Counted from the stretch's first letter, positions 29,109 to 40,007 are shown. The stretch is 64,000 nucleotides of DNA from Acidimicrobiia bacterium (GCA_965248705.1 CBDFJY010000002.1:1177365-1241364), one strand, 5' to 3'. Program-made: numbers and translations. Notes: a model not told the origin generated them from the letters alone.

Positions 29109-31006
29109 TCGAGCTTCCGGCCGAGGCGCTGTGGCTGGTGATTGCCCTTCCCCTCGGGGGGGCGATGTTGCTCCACTTCGCGGGTCGGCGGTTGGGCGAG
29201 CCCCGGGCCGGATATCTAGCCTGCGCCGCCTCGTTGGCCGCTTTTTTGGTGGCGGCTGTGGCCGCCGTGCCTTTTTTCATTGGGGAGGGACATCCCTCCC
29301 AGTCACTCTTGTGGGAGTGGATGCCGGCGGTGGGCGCCTCCTTCGAGATTATCTGGGACCCGTTGTCGGCCCTGATGACCCTGGTGGTTACCGGGGTGGG
29401 CTCGCTGATTCACATCTATTCGGTGGGATACATGCACGGAGATCCCCGTTTCGCCCGCTTTTTCACCTATCTCAACCTGTTCACCGCTTCCATGCTCACT
29501 CTGGTGCTGGCCGGGAACTACGCCATGCTGTTCGTGGGTTGGGAGATGGTGGGCCTCTGCTCCTATCTCTTGATCTCATTTTGGTTCACCCGCCCTTCCG
29601 CCGCTTCGGCAGGAAAGAAGGCGTTCGTGGTGAACCGGATCGGAGACTTCGGATTTCTCATCGCCCTTATGCTGATTTTCAGCGTTTTTGGGACGTTGTC
29701 CTACGCCGGTGTGTTCGAACGGGCCGCCGACGAGTTGGTCGGGTGGGCGCCCACGGCCATCGGGCTGATGCTGGCGGCCGGCGCGATAGGCAAATCGGCC
29801 CAGATTCCTCTTTATGTGTGGCTTCCCGACGCCATGGAAGGCCCCACTCCGGTTTCGGCGCTCATTCACGCCGCCACCATGGTCACCGCCGGGGTGTACG
29901 TGATCGCCCGCTCTGCTCCGATCTTCGAGTTGGCGCCGGTCGCCTCGGGGGTGGTGGCCGCGGTGGGGGCGGTCACCGCCTTATGGGCGGCGACCATTGC
30001 CATCGCCCAGTCGGACATCAAACGGGTGCTGGCTTATTCCACCATCAGTCAGTTGGGCTACATGTTCCTGGCGGTGGGCGCCACGGCCTATGTGGCGGGC
30101 GTATTTCACCTGATGACCCATGCCTTTTTCAAGGCTCTCCTGTTCCTGGCCGCCGGTTCGGTGATCCACTCCATGGGCGGCCGCCAAGACATGGGGGAGA
30201 TGGGGGGGCTGCGAAAGGCCATGCCGGTTACCTTCGTGACCATGGGGATCGGAGTGGTGGCGATTTCTGGGTTCCCTCCCCTGGCGGGCTTCTGGTCGAA
30301 GGATGAAATCCTCGGCGTCGTGTTCAACCGGGGTGGATGGTTCACTGCGTTGTGGCTGATGGGGCTGATAACCGCTCTGCTCACCGCCTTTTACATGGTT
30401 CGCCAGTTCGTGATGGTGTTTTTGGGCAAGCCCCGCTGGCCCGAGGGGGTTGTCCCCCACGAGTCTCCCCGCTCCATGACCATTCCCCTCATCATCCTGG
30501 CCGTGCTGTCGGTGGCAGGGGGTCTGATCAACACTCCCTTCCGGCTGGGCCTCGAGCATTTTCTGGAACCCGCCTTCGAAGGAGTGGAGCTTGCCCATCC
30601 CCCCCAAGGGATCGGCCTCGTCCTGATATTGGCCGTGCTGTCGGTGGCGGCCGGAGCGGCTGGCGCCGTCATGGCCTTTTTCGCCTATCACCGCCCACCA
30701 GAGGCTTGGAGTCGCTTCCAGTTGGGATTCGGCAGGATATGGGGATGGTGGGAGAACGCCTATCGGGTGGATGACGCCTATAGGGCGATGCTGGTTTCTC
30801 CCGGACGCCGTCTCTCCGAACAGGCCGCCTTCTGGTTGGATGTGAAGGTGGTGGACGGGGCGGTGAACGGCGTGGCCCGGCTGGTCAAGGTTACGGGGCA
30901 GATGATCCGTCCGGCGCAAAGCGGCCTGATTCGCCAGTATGGACTGTGGTTCGGCCTGGGCCTGGTGGCGCTGTTGGTGTGGATATTGGTGAGGGGTGGA
31001 GCGTGA
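29105..31006 (+). CDS. nuoL: NADH-quinone oxidoreductase subunit L
   Basis: [30 protein letters not shown]. Confidence 0.96.
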   Translation: MIELPAEALWLVIALPLGGAMLLHFAGRRLGEPRAGYLACAASLAAFLVAAVAAVPFFIGEGHPSQSLLWEWMPAVGASFEIIWDPLSALMTLVVTGVGSLIHIYSVGYMHGDPRFARFFTYLNLFTASMLTLVLAGNYAMLFVGWEMVGLCSYLLISFWFTRPSAASAGKKAFVVNRIGDFGFLIALMLIFSVFGTLSYAGVFERAADELVGWAPTAIGLMLAAGAIGKSAQIPLYVWLPDAMEGPTPVSALIHAATMVTAGVYVIARSAPIFELAPVASGVVAAVGAVTALWAATIAIAQSDIKRVLAYSTISQLGYMFLAVGATAYVAGVFHLMTHAFFKALLFLAAGSVIHSMGGRQDMGEMGGLRKAMPVTFVTMGIGVVAISGFPPLAGFWSKDEILGVVFNRGGWFTALWLMGLITALLTAFYMVRQFVMVFLGKPRWPEGVVPHESPRSMTIPLIILAVLSVAGGLINTPFRLGLEHFLEPAFEGVELAHPPQGIGLVLILAVLSVAAGAAGAVMAFFAYHRPPEAWSRFQLGFGRIWGWWENAYRVDDAYRAMLVSPGRRLSEQAAFWLDVKVVDGAVNGVARLVKVTGQMIRPAQSGLIRQYGLWFGLGLVALLVWILVRGGA

Positions 31007-31016
31007 GCGCCAAAAG

Positions 31017-32564
31017 ATGCTGACCTTACTGGTGCTGACACCGCTCTTGGGTGCGGTGGTGATCTCTCTCATCCCATCCCGTCGCTCAGAACTCTTCCTG
31101 CCGTTGGGGATGGCGCTCTCGGTGGCGCCGCTGGGCCTGGCGGCCGCAGTTTTTGTTACCTTCGAGAAGGGCGAGGCCTCCTTTCAGATGGTGGAGAAGG
31201 TGGTTTGGTGGGAGCCGTGGGGAGTGTCATGGCAACTGGGAGTAGACGGGATCTCCCTGGGAATGGTTGCGCTCACCGCCCTTTTGTTCCCGCTCAGCCT
31301 GGCGGTCTCCGATTCCATCTCCCACCGTCGCAAGGCGTTCGTGGTGGCCATGCTCTTTTTGGAGACGGGTTTGATAGGAAGCTTCCTGGCACTGGACCTG
31401 CTGTTGTTCTTTGTCTTTTTCGAGGTGATCCTGATTCCCATGTACCTGATCATCGGAGTGTGGGGAGGGGAACGCCGGGTGTATGCAGCTGTCAAGTTTT
31501 TCATCTACACCGCCTTCGGCTCGGCGCTCTTGTTGGCGGCGATCATTGCTTTGGCCGTCATGCACTCTTCCCAGACGCCCGGAGGGGCGCTCAGCTTCGA
31601 CTATCTCGCCCTGCTAGACCTGGACATCTCGTCCACCGCTCAGATGTGGCTATTCGGCGCCTTCGCCCTGGCGTTTGCGATAAAAGTGCCACTTTTTCCC
31701 TTCCACACCTGGCTCCCCGACGCCCATGTGGAAGCGCCCACCGCCGGCTCGGTGCTCCTGGCCGGGGTGCTTCTGAAGCTGGGAACCTACGGACTGTTGC
31801 GGTTCAATCTCACCCTCTTTCCCGAGGCCACGGTCTCTTTGGTTCCGGTTCTGGCGGTCCTGGCAGTGATCGGAATCATCTACGGGGCGGTGGTGGCAAT
31901 CGTCCAGCCCGACCTGAAGAAGCTGGTGGCGTACTCGTCGGTCAGCCACCTCGGGTTTGTGGTGCTGGGGATCTTTGCCCTCACTTCGGCCGGACTTCAG
32001 GGCGCGGTCATCCAAAACGTCAACCACGGGCTGACCACCGGAGCGCTCTTCCTGTTGGTGGGAATGCTCTATGACCGCCGCCACACCAAACAGATCAGCG
32101 ATTTTGGTGGCCTGGCCACTCCGGCGCCATACATGGCCGGGTTTTTTCTGTTCATGGCGTTCGCCTCCATCGGTCTTCCCGGTCTCAATGGGTTTGTGGG
32201 AGAGTTCCTGGTGCTGGTGGGGAGCTTCCCCTCCCTTCCCGCGCTGGCGGTGGTGGCCGCTTTTGGGGTGGTGCTGGCCGCCATTTACATGTTGTGGGCT
32301 TACCAGCGGGTGTTTACCGGGCCGGTGGAGCGGGCCGAAAACCGGGGGCTGGCGGACCTGACTGCTAAAGAGACGGCGGTGCTGGCGCCGTTGGCGGTCC
32401 TGGTGCTGCTGTTGGGACTCTATCCCGGCATCCTTTTGGAACGGACCGCTCCCTCCGTCGAGGCGATTCTTGATCGTATCGAGCAGACCACCGACTACCA
32501 GGCGCCCTCTCCGGGGCGGCTGGCGGATGTGTTCGTCTCTATGGATGAGGACAGTCCACAGTGA
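31017..32564 (+). CDS. nuoM: NADH-quinone oxidoreductase subunit M
   Basis: KVPLFPFHTWLPDAHVEAPT, AYSSVSH, GFVGE. Confidence 0.96.
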   Translation: MLTLLVLTPLLGAVVISLIPSRRSELFLPLGMALSVAPLGLAAAVFVTFEKGEASFQMVEKVVWWEPWGVSWQLGVDGISLGMVALTALLFPLSLAVSDSISHRRKAFVVAMLFLETGLIGSFLALDLLLFFVFFEVILIPMYLIIGVWGGERRVYAAVKFFIYTAFGSALLLAAIIALAVMHSSQTPGGALSFDYLALLDLDISSTAQMWLFGAFALAFAIKVPLFPFHTWLPDAHVEAPTAGSVLLAGVLLKLGTYGLLRFNLTLFPEATVSLVPVLAVLAVIGIIYGAVVAIVQPDLKKLVAYSSVSHLGFVVLGIFALTSAGLQGAVIQNVNHGLTTGALFLLVGMLYDRRHTKQISDFGGLATPAPYMAGFFLFMAFASIGLPGLNGFVGEFLVLVGSFPSLPALAVVAAFGVVLAAIYMLWAYQRVFTGPVERAENRGLADLTAKETAVLAPLAVLVLLLGLYPGILLERTAPSVEAILDRIEQTTDYQAPSPGRLADVFVSMDEDSPQ

Positions 32565-34009
32565 TTTCCATCCCAGAGATCGCTTGGGCGGGCATGGCGC
32601 CCGAGTTGGTGCTGGTGGTCGGGGCTGTGGCGCTATTGCTGTTGGATGTGCAGAAAAAGCCCGGGGTGAAGGTTTTGTGGGGGTCCTCCCTGGTAATCAT
32701 CGTGATCGCCCTGGGCTTGGGCGTTTGGCGGTGGACGGCGGCGGCCGCGGTGGGAGAGCCGGTCATCGGAGCGATGCTCATCTTCGATCGTCCGGCGGCG
32801 CTGGCCCGCCTGGTGGTGTTGGTGGTTGCTGTCATGGCGATCTTGGCCGGCCGTAGCCTGTTTGCGAAGTTGGAGAACCGAGCGGCGGAGGGATTGGCAT
32901 TGGTGCTGTTGGCCTCGGTCGGATTCATCCTGATGGCCGCCTCCCAAAACCTGGTGATGATGTTCCTGGGGCTGGAGATGGGGTCGATCTCCCTCTACAT
33001 CCTGGCGGGGATTGCCGGGGACGGAGTGCGTTCTGACGAGGCGGCCCTCAAGTATCTGCTATTGGGAGCAGTAGCGTCGGCAGTGTTCATCTACGGAGCG
33101 GCCCTGGTGTTTGCGGGGACCGGTTCGCTGGATCTGGGGACCATCGGTTTTTTCCTCTCCCGCAATGTAGTGCTCTCCCCGGCGGTTCTCCTGATAGGAA
33201 TCGGCCTTTTTACGGTGGGGCTCTCCTTCAAGGTAGCGGCCGCTCCTTTCCATGTGTGGGCCCCGGATGTTTACCAGGGCGCTCCGGCGGGGATAGTGGG
33301 ATTTATGGCGGCGGTGGCGAAGGTGGGCGGATTCGCCGCGCTGGCCAGGGCGCTTCTGACCGGCTTCGAAAGCTTTCGGGCGGACTGGGCGCCGGTGGTG
33401 GCGGGGATCGCCGCCCTGTCGATGGTGGTGGGAGCGTTGATGGCCATCATCTCTGTGGATATCCGCCGCCTGCTGGCCTACTCGGGGGTGGCCCACGCCG
33501 GATTCATCCTTGCCGGCCTCGCCTCCGGTCCCCAGGGCTCATCCTCGGTCTGGTTCTACCTGGCTGTCTACACGGTGCAGCTGGTGGCGGCCTTTTCGGT
33601 GATCTCGGTATTGGGAGGAGCGGTTTCTTCGGGGTCGGCCCTCTCCGACTACCGAGGGCTCTATCGTCGCTCGCCCTTCCTGGCGTTGGTCATGTCGGTG
33701 GCGCTGCTGGGGATGGCGGGGATGCCCCTCACCACCGGGTTCGTCGCCAAGCTGGGCGTTTTTCTCGCGGCTTGGAGAGGAGGCTTGGAATGGCTGGTGG
33801 TGGTGGCGGTTATTGCCTCGGCGGTGGCGATCTATCTCTATCTGCGGGTGATCGTGATCATGTACATGCACCCTCCCGAGACCGACGCCCCGGTGAGCTT
33901 CGATCGCCCCACCTCCTGGGCCCTGGGCGCGGCGGCAGCAATCACGATAATTCTGGGAATCTTCCCCCAACCCCTCCTCAATCTGGTCGAATCGGCGATC
34001 TACCTCTGA
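32561..34009 (+). CDS. nuoN: NADH-quinone oxidoreductase subunit N
   Basis: EAALKY, FKVAAAPFHVWAPDVYQGAP, RLLAYS. Confidence 0.95.
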   Translation: MISIPEIAWAGMAPELVLVVGAVALLLLDVQKKPGVKVLWGSSLVIIVIALGLGVWRWTAAAAVGEPVIGAMLIFDRPAALARLVVLVVAVMAILAGRSLFAKLENRAAEGLALVLLASVGFILMAASQNLVMMFLGLEMGSISLYILAGIAGDGVRSDEAALKYLLLGAVASAVFIYGAALVFAGTGSLDLGTIGFFLSRNVVLSPAVLLIGIGLFTVGLSFKVAAAPFHVWAPDVYQGAPAGIVGFMAAVAKVGGFAALARALLTGFESFRADWAPVVAGIAALSMVVGALMAIISVDIRRLLAYSGVAHAGFILAGLASGPQGSSSVWFYLAVYTVQLVAAFSVISVLGGAVSSGSALSDYRGLYRRSPFLALVMSVALLGMAGMPLTTGFVAKLGVFLAAWRGGLEWLVVVAVIASAVAIYLYLRVIVIMYMHPPETDAPVSFDRPTSWALGAAAAITIILGIFPQPLLNLVESAIYL

Positions 34010-34021
34010 ACCGACCCCGCG

Positions 34022-34095
34022 ATCAAGATAGTGTTATCTTTGCTGCATTATCGCTTAAATACCCTAATATTGGCGAAAGATATCAATATCTTGAT
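34022..34095. repeat. 20-bp imperfect inverted repeat with internally palindromic arms
   Basis: ATCAAGATAGTGTTATCTTT (34022-34041) versus reverse complement of 34076-34095, 18/20; each arm holds AAGATA-N4-TATCTT. Confidence 0.75.
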
Positions 34096-34211
34096 TTGTT
34101 AAGCTTCGAAAAGCGAAAGTGCCGGGCCTTCCGCTCTTTCCTCTGACTTGACTACCCCCCATATGGCTCTTTGACTTGGGAATAACCCGAACCGTGTCGG
34201 GAAAACGCGGC

Positions 34212-35015
34212 TCAAGAGGGGGCGGGGACTCTTCGAGTCGGGTAGGCATCCCACAGCGCGGTGACGGCGGCGGGGCTCCACTCCGATCCGAGGGGAAGGG
34301 GTAGAGCCAGCCTTTCGGGTTTATGGCAGGGCTTGCTTTGGGTGACATGAAGGGTGGTGGACCGGCCTCGGCGCTCGAACACATAGGAGTAAACGGTGTC
34401 GTATGAGGTGTGGTTGCAGATGCCGCTGTCTCCGTCATCATGAGATTCCTGCAGCTCGAAAATGTCCGAGAGTTGTCGGGCGTCGCGGAGCCGGTGGGCA
34501 GCAGACCGCAGTCGGGGAACGGTGGTGACGGTGTCGTCGTCTTCGGTGGTGGCGCCCAGCTCCACATGGTGGTTGGAACGGGCTATCCGGTCGGAGTGAT
34601 AGGTGACCTTCAACTGTTGTCCTCGAACCTCCGCGGTGGCCAGGTCGGATTGGTCGATCATCACCAGGTTTGCCCACATGTAGGGCTCTCGGCTCATCGC
34701 TTGTTCCACGGCCGCCACCCCGCTCCTGACGTCGGTCCCCTCTCGGAGGGCGATTTCCGTCAGCCGGTCGTAGTTCAGGCCGGGGATGGTCCGCACATTG
34801 GAGTCACAGCACAGCAGTCCGTGTCGGTTGGCGCCCAGCGAGAACCCCGAGAAACGGTCCAGGTCGGGATCGGTTCCTGCCCAGGTTTCCACTCCAGCTA
34901 TGCCGAACACCTCCTCTTCTATGACCAGGCGGTCCTCGAAGGTGGGTCGCCCGAAGTCCTTGTTCTTGAACAGAAGGTATTGATTCGCGGTTCGTAGAGC
35001 GCCGGTGGTGCACAT
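34212..35015 (-). CDS. Ntn-hydrolase with N-terminal Cys (C45/acyltransferase-like)
   Basis: Starts M-C-T; FKNKD, GANRHG, RSNH. Confidence 0.7.
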   Translation of the reverse strand: MCTTGALRTANQYLLFKNKDFGRPTFEDRLVIEEEVFGIAGVETWAGTDPDLDRFSGFSLGANRHGLLCCDSNVRTIPGLNYDRLTEIALREGTDVRSGVAAVEQAMSREPYMWANLVMIDQSDLATAEVRGQQLKVTYHSDRIARSNHHVELGATTEDDDTVTTVPRLRSAAHRLRDARQLSDIFELQESHDDGDSGICNHTSYDTVYSYVFERRGRSTTLHVTQSKPCHKPERLALPLPLGSEWSPAAVTALWDAYPTRRVPAPS

Positions 35016-35294
35016 TCGAAGAAGCTCCCTTTTCCTCTCTTTATGGTATCGGCGTGGGCTTCGTGCTTATATCGGATGGTGGGCTCTGGCAATGATGTCG
35101 TTTTGAGGATGACCGCCGGGTGACGCCGAAAAAACACCGGCGTGGAGGACAGGCTCCCCATAAGAGTGGTTACTATCCGGGTTTGTGAAGGCGTTTGAAC
35201 AGAGTCACTATTCTGGAAAGACGAATCCATTTCAGCAGTTGGTGCTGACCAACTCCTATCCTGGGTAACCAAGCCGCGATCAAGGAGAAACCCG

Positions 35295-37067
35295 ATGACG
35301 GAGAACAATCCCGAGATTCAGAATATCTTGGATGAATACCAGCAGAAGCAGCTAAGTCGCCGCCAGTTCCTTAAGAAGGCAGGGGTGGCCGGCCTGGGAG
35401 CTACGGCTGCCGCCGCACTCTTGGCCTCCTGCGGGGGCGACGAGCCGGCCGTTACCACTGCGGCGCCTGCTACCACTGCGGCGCCTGCTACCACTGCGGC
35501 GCCTGCCACTACCGCGGCGCCCGCCGGTCCGACCCAGGGCGGAACATTGCGCGAGGGCTACAACCGGGATCTCTCCAAGCTTGACCCGATCACCACCAAC
35601 TGGTACGACCCGGCCTTCTTCGCCATCTATGAGGCGATCGTGACCGTCTCCCCCGACGGTGACATTGTGCCTCAGTTCTGTACCGATTTCAGCGTCTCCG
35701 ACGACGGCCTCGAGTACCGGTTTACGGTGGAGGATCGCCAGTCCCATTCGGGCGGCACCATCACCGCCGCCGACGTGGCCGAGTTCTACCGCATCCAGAA
35801 GTTCAGCTTCATCGCCAGCCTGGCTTCTCCCATTGATCACTACGAGGTGGAGGGAAACCAGGTGGTGGCCAAGATGAAGAATGCCTGGGTGGGCACCCTG
35901 GGGCCGCTTGCCACCGGCTACTGGCGCTTGGCCAACATCAACACCTGGAAAGAAGTGGGTAGCTACGACGACGAGACCGGCTTGGCTGGTGACGGCGTGG
36001 TGGCCTCCGTCTACGGGACGGAGATCGTGGACGCCACCGGCCCGTTCCAACACGACGAGTGGGTGCCCGGCAGCCACTCTCAGGTCACCCGCTGGGATGA
36101 CTACCCGGGTTCCAACGTTCCCTACTTCGAGAACAAGGGAACCGCTCACCTCGATGCCATCCGGTGGACGGTGATCACCGAGGCCGGACAGCGGGCCACC
36201 CAGTTGGAGAACGGGGATATCGACACTCTGTTGAACCCCGCCCACCAGGATCTGGCCCGGCTGGAGTCCAACCCGGACCTGACCGTCTATCGCCATGCCG
36301 AATGGTCGGGCTACTTCATGTTCATGAACCGGGAGCACTTCCCGGAGATTTTCGGTGATGTGGAGACCCGCCGCGGTCTCTCCCACGCCGTCGACCGCGA
36401 GGGTATGGTGCAGGCGCTCCTGTTTGGCAACGGGGCGGCCACCTACGGTCCTTTCCCCACTACTGATCGCTATTACGACCCGGCAGTGGAGCAGTTCAAC
36501 AACTTCGATGTGGCTGAGGGCAACCGGGTGTTGGACGCGGCCGGCTGGTCGATGGGCTCCGACGGGGTGAGAGAACGTGACGGGGTTCCGCTCCAGTTCG
36601 AGTTCATGGTGGAGAACGAGTCACTGCAGACCGCAATCGGCACCGCCGCCGCCGCTCAGTTCGCCCAAGTGGGCGCCCAAGCGGACGTCAATGTGGTGGA
36701 CCGGTCGGTATGGTTCGAAAGGGCCGGGGGCCCCGAAGTAGCCGCCGGTCTTTTCATGTGGCTGTGGCCGATTCCGATCGACGTGTTGACCCTGTTCTGC
36801 GCCAGCGGCACCATACCCAGCCCGAACTGGTCCCATGCCAATGAGCCCCGTATCGATCAGGCCATCGCTGATTGGCAGGCTGCGGGAACCGAGGAGGCGG
36901 CGGCCAAGGCGCAGTCCGACTTCCAGTTGGCCTGGGCGGAGCAACTTCCCAACATGTCCTTCATCAACCAGAACTCCACATTCGTGAAGAACAACCGGGT
37001 GCGCGGTTGGTCGCCTTTCGTGTGGCTTCTCTATCCGTACTACAACGACACCTGGATCGAGGCCTAG
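35295..37067 (+). CDS. ABC substrate-binding protein, family 5 (OppA/DppA-like), Tat lipoprotein
   Basis: SRRQFLK Tat motif, LLASC lipobox, LDP, TGPF, RRGLSHAVDR. Confidence 0.92.
   Translation: MTENNPEIQNILDEYQQKQLSRRQFLKKAGVAGLGATAAAALLASCGGDEPAVTTAAPATTAAPATTAAPATTAAPAGPTQGGTLREGYNRDLSKLDPITTNWYDPAFFAIYEAIVTVSPDGDIVPQFCTDFSVSDDGLEYRFTVEDRQSHSGGTITAADVAEFYRIQKFSFIASLASPIDHYEVEGNQVVAKMKNAWVGTLGPLATGYWRLANINTWKEVGSYDDETGLAGDGVVASVYGTEIVDATGPFQHDEWVPGSHSQVTRWDDYPGSNVPYFENKGTAHLDAIRWTVITEAGQRATQLENGDIDTLLNPAHQDLARLESNPDLTVYRHAEWSGYFMFMNREHFPEIFGDVETRRGLSHAVDREGMVQALLFGNGAATYGPFPTTDRYYDPAVEQFNNFDVAEGNRVLDAAGWSMGSDGVRERDGVPLQFEFMVENESLQTAIGTAAAAQFAQVGAQADVNVVDRSVWFERAGGPEVAAGLFMWLWPIPIDVLTLFCASGTIPSPNWSHANEPRIDQAIADWQAAGTEEAAAKAQSDFQLAWAEQLPNMSFINQNSTFVKNNRVRGWSPFVWLLYPYYNDTWIEA
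35454..35525 (+). repeat. Four 18-bp coding tandem repeats (TTAAPA linker)
   Basis: accactgcggcgcctgc[t/c] three times plus one degenerate copy. Confidence 0.9.
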
Positions 37068-37092
37068 AAACCGATCCGACCGAGAGAGAACC

Positions 37093-37120
37093 GCCCCGCT
37101 CCCGTCCTCGGGAGCGGGGC
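37093..37120 (+). terminator. GC-rich hairpin after the substrate-binding gene (terminator or mRNA stabiliser)
   Basis: GCCCCGCTCCCG-TCCT-CGGGAGCGGGGC, perfect 12-bp stem, weak U tail. Confidence 0.7.
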
Positions 37121-37171
37121 TTCTCCTATGAACGTATCGTCGTTGGCGTCAGCCTTTACACTGACCCTGTA

Positions 37172-38113
37172 ATGACGGCTTCTACTCCCGAGTCCTATCT
37201 CACCGAGTGGGACCAGCGGCTGCTGGACTTCGAAGAAAGCCAGCACATTTCGCCGTTCCGGCAGGCGATGCGCAATTTGGTACGAAATCGCCTGCTTTTG
37301 TCGGGGGTGGTCCTGGGAGTCCTGGTGGTGGGCGCCGGGATTCTGGGCCCGGTCATCACCGGGGGGGACTACGAGCTGATCAACTTTTCCAACATCCATG
37401 CCACGCCCTTTAGCGAAGACGCTCTGTTGGGGACCGATCATCTTGGTCGGGACACGGCGATCAGGCTGTTCGTCGCCATTCGGGTGAGCCTGGCGGTGGC
37501 GGTGGGGGTGACCGGAATAGCCCTGCTGGCCGGCCTGGCCATCGGTACCCTGTCCGGCTTCAGGGGCGGCTGGACCGACCGGTCGCTCAGTGGGGTGATG
37601 GACTTCATATGGGGATTTCCCCTCATCCTGGTGGCGGTGCTGTTCGCCGGAGGTCTGGGCGAAGGACTGCTGGCGGTGATTTTGGCGGTGGGACTGGTGA
37701 ACATGGCCGCTATCGCCCGGGTGGTGCGGGGAGAAGTGATGGCGCTCTCAGAACGGGAGTTCATCGAAGCGGCCCGGGCCGGGGGGCTGTCCAACTGGAG
37801 GATCATCCGAAAGCACCTTCTTCCCAACATTCTCGCGCCCGCTCTGGTGCTCTCCTCCTATTACATAGCAGTAGCCATCATCGCCGAGGCGGCGCTTTCT
37901 TTTATCGGGCTGGGCGCCCAGCCTCCCCTGCCCAGCCTGGGGCAGATGGTTGCGGAGGGCCGTAACTTCCTGCAGCTCAATCACTGGGAGACCACTGTTC
38001 CCGGTCTTACCCTGGTGCTGATGGTGCTATCGGTGAGCCTGATCGGCGATGGGTTGCGAGACGTGTTTGATCCTCGCCTCCGACATGAGGCCAAGGGGGT
38101 GGATTCGGTATGA
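37172..38113 (+). CDS. ABC permease (OppC/DppC-like)
   Basis: LGTDHLGRD, EFIEAARAGG, EAALSFIGLG, GDGLRD. Confidence 0.92.
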   Translation: MTASTPESYLTEWDQRLLDFEESQHISPFRQAMRNLVRNRLLLSGVVLGVLVVGAGILGPVITGGDYELINFSNIHATPFSEDALLGTDHLGRDTAIRLFVAIRVSLAVAVGVTGIALLAGLAIGTLSGFRGGWTDRSLSGVMDFIWGFPLILVAVLFAGGLGEGLLAVILAVGLVNMAAIARVVRGEVMALSEREFIEAARAGGLSNWRIIRKHLLPNILAPALVLSSYYIAVAIIAEAALSFIGLGAQPPLPSLGQMVAEGRNFLQLNHWETTVPGLTLVLMVLSVSLIGDGLRDVFDPRLRHEAKGVDSV

Positions 38114-39027
38114 GATACCTGGCCAACCGCACCGTTTACATGGTGGTGATCCTGGCCTTGTCCTCGGTGGCGGTCTTCTATGCCATCCGGCTCTCGGGCG
38201 GGGACGCCACCGCCGCCCGCCTGCCGGCTTCGGCCACCGCAGCCGACCGGGAGACGCTCCGGGAGGTATTGGGTCTCAACGATCCCATCTATCAGCAGTA
38301 TTTCACCTATATGGGGAAGCTGCTCAGTGGAGATCTGGGCCACTCCCTCACCAACAATGCTCTGATCTCCAAGATGGTGATCGAACACGGACGCAACAGC
38401 CTGATCCTGGGCGCCGCCGCCTTCCTGTTGGTCTTCTTGGTCGGAGTGCCGCTGGGAATGCTGGCTTCGGTGAGGCGAAACACCTTCTTGGACCAGGGAG
38501 TCATGAGTCTTTCGGTGGCGGGGATGGCTGTCCCCAACTTTTGGCTGGCTCTTCTGACCATCTGGCTCTTCGCAAGCGTGCTGGGATGGTTCCCCTCGGC
38601 GGGGTGTTGTGAACCCAAACAACTCATTCTTCCGGCAATCGTGCTGGCCGCCGAGGGGACCGCCCTGACCGTGCGGATGACCCGCTCCGCAATGTTGGAG
38701 AACCTTGACTCCGACTGGGTACGCACTCTGCGGGCGGGAGGGCTCTCGGAAACCAGGGTGATCGGAAAGCATGTGTTCCGCAACGCCCTGATTCCCATCA
38801 TCTCCCTGGCGGGCTTGCGCATCGGCCAGATCGTGGGCTATGCCCTGATCGTAGAGGTGATCTTCGGCTGGCCAGGACTGGGACAAGTACTGGTCAACGC
38901 GGTGCTGCGCCGTGACTATCCGGTGGCGCAGTTCTTCTCGCTGGTGTTAGTGGTGATGGTGGTGATGGGCAACTGGCTGGCCGACCTGGGGTATCTGGCC
39001 GCCAATCCCCGCCTGCGGAAGATTTGA
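38110..39027 (+). CDS. ABC permease (OppB/DppB-like)
   Basis: GDLGHS, PNFWL, FRNALIP, FGWPGLG, RDYP. Confidence 0.92.
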   Translation: MRYLANRTVYMVVILALSSVAVFYAIRLSGGDATAARLPASATAADRETLREVLGLNDPIYQQYFTYMGKLLSGDLGHSLTNNALISKMVIEHGRNSLILGAAAFLLVFLVGVPLGMLASVRRNTFLDQGVMSLSVAGMAVPNFWLALLTIWLFASVLGWFPSAGCCEPKQLILPAIVLAAEGTALTVRMTRSAMLENLDSDWVRTLRAGGLSETRVIGKHVFRNALIPIISLAGLRIGQIVGYALIVEVIFGWPGLGQVLVNAVLRRDYPVAQFFSLVLVVMVVMGNWLADLGYLAANPRLRKI

Positions 39028-40007
39028 TGGCCGAGCCGCTTCTCTCCGTACGCGACCTCACCACGGTCATCCGCACCGAGGGAATCGAGTTCGAGGTGGT
39101 GAGGGGAGTGTCGTTCGATCTTTACCCCAATGAGATCCTGGGTTTGGTGGGAGAATCGGGATGCGGCAAGACAATGACCGCCCTTTCGGTGATAGGGCTC
39201 ATCCCCACCCCGGTCGCTCGCATCACCGCCGGCGAGGTGCGTTTCGGCGGGAGAGATTTGGTAGGCCTCTCCGAGCGAGAACTACGGGAGGTGCGGGGGG
39301 ACGACATCTCCATGATCTTCCAGGATCCGCTCACCTCTCTCGACCCGATGTTTACGGTCGGCCATCTGCTCACCGAGGTGATCCGCCGCCACCGGCCGGT
39401 TTCCCGCTCGGAGGCTGGGTCCATCGCCCTTCAGGCGCTGGTGGAAGTAGAGTTGTCCGATCCCGAGACCCGGATGAACCAATATCCCCACCAGTTGTCG
39501 GGCGGAATGCGCCAGCGGGTGATGATCGCCATGGCCCTCATGCTCGACCCGGACATCCTGATCGCTGATGAGCCCACCACCGCCTTGGACGTTACCGTGC
39601 AGGCCCAGATCCTCGACCGACTGGTGGGCCAGCAACGCCGTCGGGATATGTCGATGCTGCTGATCACTCACGACCTGGGAGTGGTGGCGGCGGTGGCGCA
39701 TCGGGTGGCGGTTATGTATTCGGGGGAAATCGTGGAGCAGGCCACTGTCGAGCAGCTCTTCTCCGACCCTCAGCATCCCTACACACAAGGACTCCTGCGG
39801 GCGGTCCCCCAGACCCGTCACCAGCGGGGCGCACTACACACCATCCCCGGCCGGGTTCCCCCGCCGCAGTTCATCCCCCCAGGCTGTCCGTTCAGTCCCC
39901 GCTGCTCCCAGGCGCTGGTCCGCTGCTGGGAAGAGCACCCGGAGTTGGTGGCCGACAACGGGAGGGATCTCCGCTGCTTCAATCCCCAGACACTCACTCC
40001 GGCGTGA
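39024..40007 (+). CDS. ABC ATP-binding protein (OppD/DppD-like)
   Basis: GESGCGKT, LSGGMRQR, DEPTTALDV, HPYT. Confidence 0.93.
   Translation: MMAEPLLSVRDLTTVIRTEGIEFEVVRGVSFDLYPNEILGLVGESGCGKTMTALSVIGLIPTPVARITAGEVRFGGRDLVGLSERELREVRGDDISMIFQDPLTSLDPMFTVGHLLTEVIRRHRPVSRSEAGSIALQALVEVELSDPETRMNQYPHQLSGGMRQRVMIAMALMLDPDILIADEPTTALDVTVQAQILDRLVGQQRRRDMSMLLITHDLGVVAAVAHRVAVMYSGEIVEQATVEQLFSDPQHPYTQGLLRAVPQTRHQRGALHTIPGRVPPPQFIPPGCPFSPRCSQALVRCWEEHPELVADNGRDLRCFNPQTLTPA

Noticed and set aside
35232-35255. Riboswitch or pseudoknot upstream of the binding-protein gene (CAGCA/TGCTG with AGTTGG/CCAACT)
   Set aside because: Stems are only 5-6 bp and match no aptamer consensus I can recognise; needs an Rfam scan.
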